A stretch of 64,000 nt of DNA from Klebsormidium nitens. Its lineage: Eukaryota; Plantae; Klebsormidiophyceae. Positions 36,533 to 48,147 of the stretch are shown in pieces. The stretch covers positions 62,001 through 126,000 of the forward strand of contig DF237186.1 of the NCBI GenBank assembly GCA_000708835.1, read 5' to 3'. Every line of letters starts with the position of its first letter. The stretch's first letter is position 1. Below the pieces are notes generated by a model. That model was given only the letters and a program-made list of their open reading frames with translations. It was not told the DNA's origin and ran no database searches. A program made the translations under genes and the position numbers.

Positions 36533-39500
36533 TCATCCCCCTACACTCTTTGCTGGCTCCTTACTTTCCGTCCGCATATCCCTCTGTATTGTTTGGGACA
36601 CCCCCAATCCCAAACCAAGCCCAAGAGGAACACCGTCGGCAAAACTCGAAGCCCTTGTAACCCCCCTCCCGCCTTGCTCGTAAAGAGGACTCTGCTGTTG
36701 CTGCTGCACGGTATCCCTGTACCCAGGGCTATCCAGGAAAGGCGCGCCTGTCGCCACCAAGTTGCCTTGCTCGCCAGGGGTTACTGAAGCATCCGATGGG
36801 GTTGGAGGGGCGCTCTGTGACTCTGGCTCTATCATCCGGGGCTGTGCTGGCTCTTCGGGCTGCTGGCCGCGAGCTGACGAGTCCGCAAGGGCCAAGATGT
36901 GTTGCTGCGTTTCGACAAGACGACTTTCAGGATCCGAGGGTCCCCCAAGGGCAACAAAAAGATGTCATGACAGGCCCCTGATGTGAACAGAAGCTGCGGA
37001 TGGTCCACTTTGAGAAACCTGCAGCTTGCAAAAGTTTCGCTGGCGCACAGGTGACCGCGCCCACACGGGCCACACGGCTGCAAATGGCATGCGCTTTCCC
37101 CTAAATTCACAAATGCGATAAGTTTTCGGTCTGATTGGTGCACAGGAAGACAAGGCACGTACATAAGCACGTGACACTGCTGACAGGACATTCCGGCAGA
37201 AGAACGGCATGTTTTCTTGGGTTCTGATAGCGTATGGGGAAGGCAAACTGCAACCCCCGCGATGCTTCAGAGAAGAATCTAAATCTTTCTAATGCTGATG
37301 CGGTGCACTACAAGTGACTTCGTCATCCACTTATAGTGGAGGCGACAAGCAACGACATGAAAAACGGTAGCTCACCTGTTCTGCGAAAACTGGGCTCGCC
37401 AGGTTGATTGCGAGGTTCCTCATCAGCAGGATGATGGTCTCGCGGTCGATTGGAGGCATGCACTTCAGCTTCTGCAGATTCCCCGCAACCCCAATCTCAA
37501 ACACATCTCCCAAGAACCGATACACCTTAGCGAAGTCGGGGTTGGCTGCACAAAATAAGGGGAACACGCTGGTTTGGAAGAAGCCGTAACCAGAAGGAAA
37601 TGCACACTTCTTGCCCAAGTCAAGCCTCCACTTGATGGAAACTGCACACTGCACTGAAAGAAATAGTGACCACAGTTTAGGACCCCGGATCCTGCTCATT
37701 GCCGCCAAAAGATTCTTCAAAGAGTTCCTTGTAAAGGTGGCATAGCAGCCTTGTGAGTATTTCCTCAAACGTGATTTCCCCAACACTTCGTTTCTTCCCC
37801 TCTCGTTCGAAATCGGTGGTGCAGTCCACAGCCACATGTAACGACCACAACTGAAACCGACCATTCTACGACCAACGGTATCCAAACCAGACCTGAACTT
37901 TATAACGCAATCATATGCAGATATACCACAATCCTCCTTCCACTCCTTCAGTCTCCAATCATGTGTCTCAGTCACTAAAGGACGCAGCTACCTTTTGAAG
38001 GAGTGTCAGGTCCCCAAGCTGGAGCCCCCAACGTGCCAGTCTCCTCCTGAGGCGACTGTGGGGGCACCGCAGGATGGGCTCCCCCAGGAGTGTAAGCACC
38101 TTCCCTGGGTGAATAAACCTTGCTGGAAGCAACTGCTGCTTGTTGCGCCGCGTGGGCAGCAGCGACTACTGCGAAGTCAAAATCGAAAACCTTGTCTAAT
38201 CAGTATAAGCACAGGTGAGGGAACACTGGTGCGACAGTCTTAATTGGAAGAAAAACGTCAATCGGAAGACACTCTGCAGACTTTCTGACTTGCAGCAGAC
38301 CATATCAGCGGCCTTAACGTCTGGGAAAAGCGTAGAGGTAAGTTGTGGACGCTTTCATTAACAGAGTACGGTACTAAAAATGAAAACATCGTTGGACATC
38401 CGACGCCGATTCACCATCCACTCAGGTTGGCTGGACAAAACAAAAGGAGTGCTGTCTGTAAGCTGCCTAATAAAGCCAGCAATTGAAACGCTTTCTAAGC
38501 AGCCCTCCGAAGGGGAATGTCAACTTGCCTTTGGAAGCTTTTTGAGGATAAGGTTGTGAGGATTTGCGCTTGGGCCTTGGGGGCGGCACGTGTGCATCCT
38601 GACCAAGTTTCTGGACCTTCAGAAAATACTTCTGCGCGTGACTCCGGATCTGCAAGGGTTCCACCTCGAGAGTTGAGCTTTGAAACAAGCGCGAGAAAAG
38701 TGTCTAGCAAGATAGTGGGGCGAAACTCGGGGTTACACTCTCGACACAAATGGAGAGGGATCAACAACATCGGCATCACTTATAATCTGCACTATTTGCT
38801 AACTAGAAGCGCCAACAAACCTCTTCACATCGACGAGTTTCAGAAGAATAGACACCTGAATCAAAGCCAACAACCTGTATTGATGTTGCATATTCTCGGA
38901 AAATTGAAAACTCAAAAGCAGCTCATCTCATCATTCCTCACCTGTATGACAGTTTTTGTTCCCACGTACTCTTCAATCTTTCTCCAGTCCCTATCAAAAC
39001 TGCACACAAGAAAGTCCATTAGGTTCAGGCTTTCAGGCCCCTCTCACAAATGCAAACCACTGTGGAGAACCGCAAACCAACATTTTCCACAAGAGATTTC
39101 AGTTGCCGAATGCTCAGATGGATTGCGCTTCACTAATTGAGCTTCTAAACTCTGAATGTGGACAGAACGACGGGGAACCTGGTAGAGGGAGCTATTTGCG
39201 ATTAGCAAATGGAATGAGCACTTTTGACAACAGCGACAAGGGCAGGTGGACAAGGAGATATTCCAGGCAAGCCAGCTCTGAAGCTTCGATGAGAAACCGA
39301 CACGACCAGGTAAAGAGACAAGACAATACACCATCCAAATTTATAGACAGATTATGCAACTTTCCGCTCCATTCAACCACCCCACACTCAGCTGCATGCA
39401 CAATGGCGCATCTTAAGCTGGGCGGACAGAAGAACTTCAGAAAGGTAAAGTTTCATGCCAGTGTCAGATTTCTTCTGCCCATTTTCAGCTTCTTTGCAAA

Positions 39501-40124
39501 TCAACAGAGCCTCTCTTGCACACAAGCAATGTTGAAGGGCCCGATGTAGACTAGAACAAGATTGTCGGACAGCAAGGAGTTCAGAGATCAGCAACTGAAT
39601 GAAGCGCGGGCAGCCCGAAGATAGAGCATATTGATGCATGGCAAAAAGCCATAAATAACCTGTGGAGAAGCTGCACACCAACCCACACCTAGCACAAGAA
39701 TTCAAGTTCACAGATCTGCAAGCCCATTCCAAATGACAGAATGTGTCCAAAAACAATTAGCTTTTAGGTATCAGAGAAGGAACTGCAGCACACAACCAGC
39801 AAACAAAACGCATCTGCAAAAGAGGGATACAGACGAGCTGCATACGAAGACCTGAGCAATGGGACTTCCAACCCTGCTTGCCCCCAAGCTCTCAACCAAA
39901 GCAGTTACTCACAGTTCTAGGGCCTTCAGAAACTTATTGTGCTCCTGCTCGGTCCAATTCTCCCGCTGCTTGGTAATGGTGTACGGCTTGCGGACTTTGC
40001 CATGCATGTCATCACCCTTCCCCGACAGCTCTCCCGATGGCGACAGCACGGGAGTCAACGGCCCCGCTGCCATATCCCCCGGAGGAGGACCTAGTCCAGG
40101 CGAAAAGGCGCCCTGACCAAGCAT
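36533..40124 (-). CDS. RVE: REVEILLE/LCL-type (RVE8-like) SHAQKYF MYB transcription factor, about 369 aa (380 if ATG 40157 is used), 6 exons
   Basis: Exons 40124-39913, 38999-38942, 38649-38529, 38168-37992, 37545-37376, 36904-36533. [65 protein letters not shown] motif [14 protein letters not shown], and C-terminal [37 protein letters not shown]. Intron 3 has a GC donor. Confidence 0.93.
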
Positions 40125-40157
40125 TGTCCCGGCGGAAAAAAGATGCGGCCTGCGCAT

Positions 40158-41085
40158 TTCCGCAGAGCTTGTCTCGCATTTGCTGCGCCCTCCTTCCTTC
40201 AAGACGGTTGTGCGCTCCCCTTCCTCGCCCTGTCACTGTTGATCAGTCAGGGTGAGTCGAGGCTCTGTTCAGCATGTCATTGTTGGGCGTTCCGTCTTCC
40301 TCCGAGTCCCAAGTGACTGTGCGCGCGGAACTGTCCAAATTCAATCTGCGGGACGCCGGAAACCGGGCGGAAAAATACTGGCCGGAATCTGCATGCATGC
40401 GCCCCACACTCAATTGCGTTCCGCCGGAACTCTGAGTCTGGCAGGGCGCTTCGTGCAGCTTCGTGTGGGGCCACAGCCTAAGGTACTTCTCGGATTCCAC
40501 TACCCATGCGAGGTGCGTGGCTCTTCTGCGCCAGTGGCAGAGGAGCTGGCAGCCTGGCACCCTCCTCTTTTCTTCCTCTTTTTCCAATTTTTTAGATAGA
40601 TCTCAGCACCCAGCAAACGAGGCATTGAGCAGGCTCAGAAACTAGGGCGCGCACAGGAACGGGTAGCACACCGTTGAGAGGACTAAGTTCAGGTCCCAAG
40701 GCCTTACAACCAATTTAAACGGGAAGAATTCATTTGACTGCACCCTCAATTGTCCTCGTGACAGATTGTGAAGAGGACTTTATCCACTCGGAACATTGGG
40801 ATCTACTCATGGCGCTTTTGAAGCTAATAGAATGTTGTCTGCTTTCGCTACTTTCTAGGCATCTTCTGAACTGATGGCAGATGCTCAGGAGGGCACCCTC
40901 TGCTCATATAGTGTCACTTTTATCAATTGTTCTGTACAGAAAGCGATTTTGGCGATAATCCCAAGTAGTGCACTGGATTGATTGCCCCTGGTTAGAATAC
41001 TCAGCAAAGACAGGAGTGCTGTACAGTGATCCTTCAAACTGCGTGGAGCTAGCGCAGAAGTACTTGTCCAAGTCCTTCCACAGGC
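40158..41085. promoter_or_regulatory. Divergent intergenic region between RVE and the FAM21-like gene; includes a probable 5'-UTR intron acceptor
   Basis: Start codons at 40124/40157 (-) and 41086 (+) diverge. gtccttccacAG|gcATG just before 41086 looks like a 3' splice site. Confidence 0.5.
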
Positions 41086-44000
41086 ATGGCAGCTGATCTG
41101 ACCCGCCTCGCTCAGGAATCCCCAGAGTGGTGCCTGGCAAGTGACGTCAAAGTGAGTGTCACTTTGCTGGCCCTTGGCTAGCGTTCTCCTAGTTGTAGTT
41201 TGAAATGCGTCTGTCTGCGGAGACCTCATGGGGCAATAGCAATATGCGATCTTTTCAAACTCTGTCATCGCATTGAGTGGTTCTTGGAAAGCAATCGTCT
41301 CCTGTTGTGTCTGAACGCCTACTGCTTGGTGTCTTAATTGAAGGTAGTTATCAGACTGCACAGTCGTGTTGCAAGGATGCGACCACTTTTGTCCTTCTTT
41401 CAGCTTCTCTTTGCTCCGTACACCAGGAATGCAACTGATCCGATCTTGCTGTGACCACGTCCAAAAAGCATTTCTTCATGATGGGGGAAGAATTACGGGG
41501 GAATCCTTTATTCTGCTACGTACTCTTTAGGGGCTAGAAACTCTCTTCTCTCCTTCTTTGTGGCAAAACATACAACTGTGGAGACATGTTAAATGTGGAC
41601 CAATTGCTGTCCTTCTTGTCTGTGCCATACCACCTGAAGGCGGTTATGAGGAGTCTTTCTTTGTCAGATCAATCTAGTGATATGAGAGAAGCAACTACAC
41701 AAATGGAGCAGCCAGTGCCTCATACTCTTTTCACCGATAATGTAATAAGCGCGAACAACGTCCACCTTTTCCCTGACTTCAATTGCCCGTGTCACCTTTC
41801 CTGGGTAGACACTACTTTGTTGATCCCTTTTTGAGTACGTAGTTTCATCGCTTTCTCCAATGTCTGAAGTACTCTATCACTGAGTTCGTTGTGATTTCAA
41901 GTCTCACTCTGTTGCTGCAGCTTTTAGCCTGGCTCAAGGGCTTCTCCCAAGAAGTAACACAACGCACTGAGTTGCTCACCGGCCGTATCGAAGCACTGTC
42001 CCATGACGCCTCAGTGGCGCAAGCAGACCTCCGCAATGTGTTCACGAGCCTCCACCAACTGTCCAACACGCAATTTATCGAGCAGGTAAATGTGTGGAAC
42101 ACCTACAACATCTCTGCAGTTCCCTTCAAGTCTTGCATCGCTTGAGTCTTTTCTCAAGCTGTTCAGTGCACCCTATGATCCATCTAGCTCAGTTCTCTCC
42201 GTTCAATTTCGCATCGGTTACTTGTTCGGAGGTGCCATCTCCTTTCCTGTTTTCCCTGCACATTCCGTTCAAGCAGGCGGGATGTTCTTGGAGGCGCTTT
42301 TATTATTTCCCTTGTTGGCCTCTATCCATTGGTGTACACTTTGCCCTCCCATCCTCTTAACTCCGATTCAGACCTTCCTTCAAGAGCATTCCCGTCGGGC
42401 CAGTAACTCAAAACTCCGCTTCTTGTATATAGGGACGGCAATACTTCGATCCACCCTGAGGACCGTCAATCGCTCCACATACAAAGCTTTTGGTTGGTGT
42501 GGTTCCGAACAGAACCCCTCTCTGGAGGGGAAGAGCGAGGCCGGGGAGGAAGAAAAGAAAGAAACAAGAAGATGGCTCCATTACGTCCCTCTCAACAAAG
42601 CTTTCCTGCTCCTGCAGCGCGTTCAGGACGAAGACGAGATCTCCGCCCCCTCGTCACCCCCTCCTCAGCGTGCATCCCGCCCCCCGATTGCGCCAGGCCC
42701 CGAGAGCTTCGAGCAGAACGTCGTACCCAAGTACCGCGAAGCAGTGGAGATCGCATGGCGGGTTCTGAAGAGTGCCGATTGCCCTTCCACAAGTCAGCCC
42801 TTAGAGACGAACTCAACGAGAGATGAGGGGTTGAGATCCGGTCCCTCGTCCACCTCCCAAACGAGAGAAGCGGGATTGGAAAGAATTCGGAGAAGGGAAT
42901 GGCTAGATCGCCCGCTGCCTCTCATTCTAGGAACAGACGCTTTCCTAGCGGACGAGTTCTGTGGCCTTCCACCCCCCGACACGGAGGAATACCGCCCCCC
43001 CCTCACGGAATCGTACGAGCGGGAGCGCAGGGAAGGCCACTTTGCAGGTCCCCGGGAGGACCAGGTGCCGAGCGTTCCCGAGAAGGGGGGTGAGAAGGGT
43101 TTGGATTCGCAGTCGGAGGGAGGTGACGTCGAAGACGGCTGGACGCAGATCAGTAGTCGGAAGGACTACTCGGAAGTGGAACCAGCGGTCTCTGCTGCGC
43201 TCAACTTCCGGGCGATGCTGGAAGAGGCCTTGCGGGGGCCGTCCGGAATATGTAAGCCGGCCGACTCTGCCCTGTGATTCTGAAGGCTGTTGCGTACAGG
43301 GCCTTTCGTATGAGTGTCCTTTTCGAGCAAGTCCGGCTCGAAGAAATTTGTGGTACAACTGGTTTTGACACCCGGAAGTGTAGTACTTGTCGATCATCAT
43401 TCCAGCAAGTTTGAGGAAGCCGTTAAGGTGTGGGCATTCCCGCCCGACATTATCGACTTACAGAAGCAGGAAGACGTGTCCGAAAGATTCTGCTTCGAAC
43501 CGTCTCCGAAAGTTTTTAGGAGGCGTTGTCGTGAGTTGTGTTCGAGGAGACTTCGTCATGCTCCGCCTGCAAGTCGTAGCTGATGAAGTGGGTGAACTCT
43601 CGCCCGTCTTAGGACAGGCCCGGCGCAGGCCCCGAAGCGTGGTTTTTTATTGGGAGAGGAACGCCGTTTCGCGGATGCTCTTTGAAATACAAGGTCGAGC
43701 CAGGGTTTCCACAGGTTGGCGCTTTGCGATAATGGATTTTTGCACTACTGCCCTGTGCTGCCGAAGCTTGCCAAGCCCTGGGCCTTCATCGAACTCCGGT
43801 CTCCGGGTCTCCTGCCTTTCTAGATTGGCCAAGCGCGTACTGTAAGGAAGTAAGAAGTCGAAATATTAGCCAGAGTTGGACTTAGCCTATGCTTCGGGTC
43901 GACTAAGGGCGGCAGCTAGTGTTTGAAGCCCTTTGTGCTTCGCCTCCGCACAAAAGCCGGTCATGCTGAAAGGAGGAGGGAAAGAGCATTTACCCACACT

Positions 44001-46705
44001 TTCCTTTGCTTTTCGTCGGCAGACGAAGATGTCTCCAGCCCCTCAACGCGACGGCCCACTCACGAAGGCGAATCAGATCCTGCCACGTCAGCTTCGCATG
44101 ACGAGGCTCCCGGTGCCACCAATCGTGAGTCGCATGACGCTACAAAGAGTACGAAGGATCTATTAAATAAAAGGGGCGGGGGAAGTGAAGCCAGTATGAG
44201 TAGCCGAAGCCATGGAGAGAGAAGGAGTGCGAGCGGTTTCCTGGAAGAGACGAAGCAGGGGTTGGAGTCGCAAAGAGAGGGAGACGGAGCCCAAAGCTCG
44301 GGGAGCACTGGGCCTCAAGACAAAGCAAAGCGGGTGGTGTTTTCCGAAGATGCCCACGAGGAGCGGCCTGTAGGTTTTAAGGGTGGGGAGGGGCGTCAGG
44401 CGGAGTCAGCAGAACAGGCGGATGGGCCGAGTGGGAAGAGCACTGAGCGGTCGTACGGTGCGTTTGGAGACGATTGGGACAACGAGGAGTTCAGCTTCGG
44501 GTCTTCGACCAGTAAGAAGGTGGGCGCTCAAGCTTGTACTTCACTCTCTTACATTGAAAGTGGTCAACACTGTGTTTGTCTCGGATGTCTTGGAGACTAG
44601 TCCTTGCTTCCACGTCCTGCTGCCTCCAAGAACCTGGCTCTTGGTTGCGATTGCTGCTCCCTCGCGATGGGCCAACTTTATCCGCGTTGCCTCACGATCA
44701 GCGGTTGCAATGCGTCGAAAGGAAATGCAATCCCTCCTTGGGCCCTACCTATAGGACCCTGTATGCATTCTGCAACGTAGTCTTCAGTGAGTAAACAGGA
44801 ACAGACGTCAAATCCGGGAATTCCAGAACTGCAACGATGGATTGTCTTTTCTCCAGTTCCCCCTTGAGAGCATTATTGCAAGTGTTCCTTACCTACGCTG
44901 TGCTGTTGCTAGTCAGAGAGAATTCGTGACTATCTTTCACTGCTCACAGAAGACACAGCTTCTTAAGAGGCGTAAGCAACCTAGAGCTCTTGGCGGAAGC
45001 AACTCAGTGAATCCTGACCCGAGACATTGAAATCGCCGTCGGGTAGGAGAACTTTAAGACCTCGATTAAATGTTGCGCGACGGCACGCTTACTGTTAAAG
45101 GCGTTCTTTCTCTGACAGGGCAAGCCCTCGTACACTCTCGACCTTGACGACCTCTTCAAACGGAAGCCCCGCACCGCCCCGCTTCCAAATGGCTCGGATT
45201 CCTCAAGTGGAACCTTTGGGGAAGGCGCTTTTCAAGGTCCCGCAGAGTCTCAAGTGTCCAGCAACGGGTTAGGATGGGGGTTAGGCGGTAGTTCACAAGC
45301 TTCTGGAGGAGTAGGCCCACAAACCGTCAAAACGGGGTCAGGTGTGGGTTTGGGAGGCAAAAACGCGGCAATGGATGCGGTTACGGCAGCCCTTAAGCAG
45401 CGGCAGGCGGCGTCCAAAGGTTCTCCTGAAAAGCCCTCTGAGAATTGGGTTAGCCAGTCGGTTAGTGCAGACTGGGTTAGGACACCTTCAGCCGACGTGC
45501 TTGGGGAGCCGGTTAGCGTTGATTTCGAGGATGATCGAGCGGTTCTGGACGAGACGGGGGTGTGGAGTCCGAGCCTCACCAACCCCCCGCTTCGAACAGA
45601 GCTTTCGTTTGGGCCGGTGGAAGACCATACGGAGGGGGGTGAGGCTACTGGCAGGGAACAAGACAGGAGCGGGGCGGAAGAACCGAGCGATGTTCGGAAA
45701 AGTGAAGACTTGGGGAGGTTGCGAAACGGAGATGATTGGGAAGCGGAAGCAAGCGACGGGTTTCCAGCGGGAGGCGGTCGATTGCACGGGCGTTTGGAAG
45801 CGGAAACGGAGTCTGTCAGGGCGGCGGACAGTGCCTTGCGAGAAGGTGCGGGTTTCCACAAAAAGGGCGAGGAAAATACTGAAGCGGACCGGGCGAAAAT
45901 GCGCAGCGAGGACACGGGAGGGAAGGGAGACAGTGAAACGGCTCAGGTAACGGTGCGGGAACCAGGGGGCAATGGCGGGGAAACGGGGAGTGGCCGCCTT
46001 TTTGGTGTTAGGAACGATCGGGCAGAGACTAAGGGCGGTGAAGCGTCCACTTCGGGGGGGCAAAACCTCGGGTTCGGAAAAGGGGGGGCGAGGTCGAAGT
46101 TGTTTGGGGACAGCGACGAAGAGGATGACTGCGGGCTGCCGCTCTTTGGGGGGAAGCTCGGGCAGCGGCCGGGGGGGAAAAGGCGGGGTCTGTTTGAAGA
46201 TAGCGATGAGGAAGCGGGGGGGTTAGGGTTTGGGCGACGAAGCACGGGTTTGTTTGGTAATGGGTACGGTTTGGCAAAGGACGGTCTCGGTGGCCAGAAG
46301 CAGAGCACCGGGCTCTTTGGAGACAGTGAAAAGGCAACCGGGGGACTGTTTTCGAGCGACCGGGGGGAAGGTGATGTTAGCAGCGCGAGGGCCGCGAAGT
46401 CAGCGGCTGAGGGATCCCCCAAAAGCGATGCGGCCAAAGCTGCGAGGAAAGCCGATGAGGGCTTGTTCGGGGCGCCGCAACAGCAAACGGCTCTGAGTGC
46501 GGATCTTTTCGGCGACGATGAGGAAGATGGGGACCTCTTTGGTCTGAGTGGGCTTGGTCGCCATTCGCGTGACAAAGCGGGATTTGGGGAGGCGGGCCCA
46601 AAGCGGACGACTGGGATCAGCGCTTTTCTCGAGAGTACGTATAGCAGCGACGAGGAGGATCCGTGGGAGGGCCGGTTGGCCAAGCTCAAGGAAGGGCAGG
46701 ACTGA
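41086..46705 (+). CDS. WASHC2: WASH complex subunit 2 (FAM21)-like protein, about 982 aa, 5 exons
   Basis: Exons 41086-41151, 41921-42085, 42618-43251, 44023-44519, 45119-46705, phase-consistent. The N-terminal head WCLASDVKLLAWLKGFSQEV...LRNVFTSLHQLSNTQFIEQRVQDEDE...VPKYREAV...PLPLILGTDAFLADEFCGL parallels the FAM21 head (WSL..D..LL..L..FSQ...L.NVFN.F..LSNTQFIENRVYDE...PLPY.IG). The acidic disordered tail carries LFa-type motifs (LFGDSDEEDDCGLPLF, LFEDSDEE, LFGDDEEDGDLF). Confidence 0.85.
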
Positions 46706-48147
46706 AGATGGGTTATTGAAATGCACCGCTGCGTTCACTGCGCCAGAATCTTCAGAATTTATTCCCACAATCGATCAAGTTTGACTGCGTTCGGATTCGA
46801 AAGCGACCTTAGTCTGGCCAAGTTGAGAAGGTCAAGCCAGACCAGGAAGCTCGCGCTTTTGTGATGGCGGGGTTTGAATTGATCATCGACGCCGCGGCCT
46901 GCCAGCTTCGCGATCTGCATAATAATTGCAATGAAGCGGATCCGCATGACGACACATGTGTATAGGTACGCAGTACCTAACGTTATAGCTATAGCTGTAA
47001 AAATGTATTCAGTACATGCATTGAATGTGCATCATGGCGCTGCCGGGCGGCGGCCTCGAACGGCGCGGATGCATAACAAATCTCGCAGAGACGGCCGTTT
47101 CCTATTGTTGTTCCGGGGCGGCCCAATTATAATTGCTATACTATAAATGCATTTCCCGGCATGCACAATCAAATATATGGATATCGTGCCGCACTGGGCA
47201 TGCGAACCCAATCGTACGATGTAGACGTCCTCGGACTAGTCTCTCGGACGTCCGGCGCCGGTTCAGCCAGATCGCGATCGGCCGGGGCCGTCGGTTCAAT
47301 GCATGCGCGCACACCTGCTCAATGTGAATGGTCACGGTAGGCCTTAATGACCAAGAAATCGTTATACATATGTGATGGTGAAGCTATGACCGTGGGCCAC
47401 ATGTTCTATGGGAGCCATGGGTGACTATATCGAGTATAAGCCTTGAGAGGGAAACGAAAGTCAGCATGGTCGGAGTATCAACCCGGAAGCCAGCCGCGCT
47501 CAGCTATGCTGCATGCTCTTCGGAAGGCGCTTTAAAGCTAAAGACATGCAGGGGCTGCAACCATGAGCACTCGCGTACCATCTCAGTACGTTTATCGGAC
47601 TTTGCATGCGAGGCGCTGCTGCGGGTGGAACTCGTGTTGTGGAGGATGGCCAGTGACCTAGACTCGCGGCCGCGGCGCGCCCGCGCTCAAACGCTCATGG
47701 GTTATGGTCGTCCCATCGTCGACTGGGGTTGATATCTTACGCGTCTTCGCTCTCGTGCAAGAGAAGCGCGAGTGTCACTAATCTCATTTCCAAACATGCC
47801 TAAAAGGAGGCATGCAAGCAGCAAAGTGACCACTTTCTGAGGCCTTGTCAGCCTTTGTTCAAACGTTTTCTCCTTTTAGAATTGCGTCGAACTTCACGCC
47901 AGCAAGGCCGCAATTACTGTAGAAGATTCTGCGATTGGCTTGATCGAATTTCCGAGCGTGCACGGCGCATGATCTTGGTGTGTCATCCTTCTCACGACTT
48001 TTTGGACGTGCTGCATCTAGGTGTTCTACGTCCAGCTCTTTCGTCATAGGTACAGGGTGCCCTTCGTAGCGCGTTCGAGACTTCGAGTCCGCAGCCTTCT
48101 TCCTTGCGACAGCAGACCACTTTCTTTCATGAAAGCACATTGACGCC

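Noticed and set aside
43314-43845. ORFs inside FAM21 intron 3 as extra exons
   Set aside because: Exon 3 (phase 1) joins exon 4 at 44023 without them, and they lack convincing paired splice sites or FAM21-like composition.
3346-46705. Functional clustering of trafficking/ubiquitin genes (DCN1, RMR, FAM21) or plastid genes (Trx-m, NAGS, KEA, PGBD)
   Set aside because: Mixed orientations and unrelated pathways; these categories are common enough that adjacency is expected by chance in a eukaryote.
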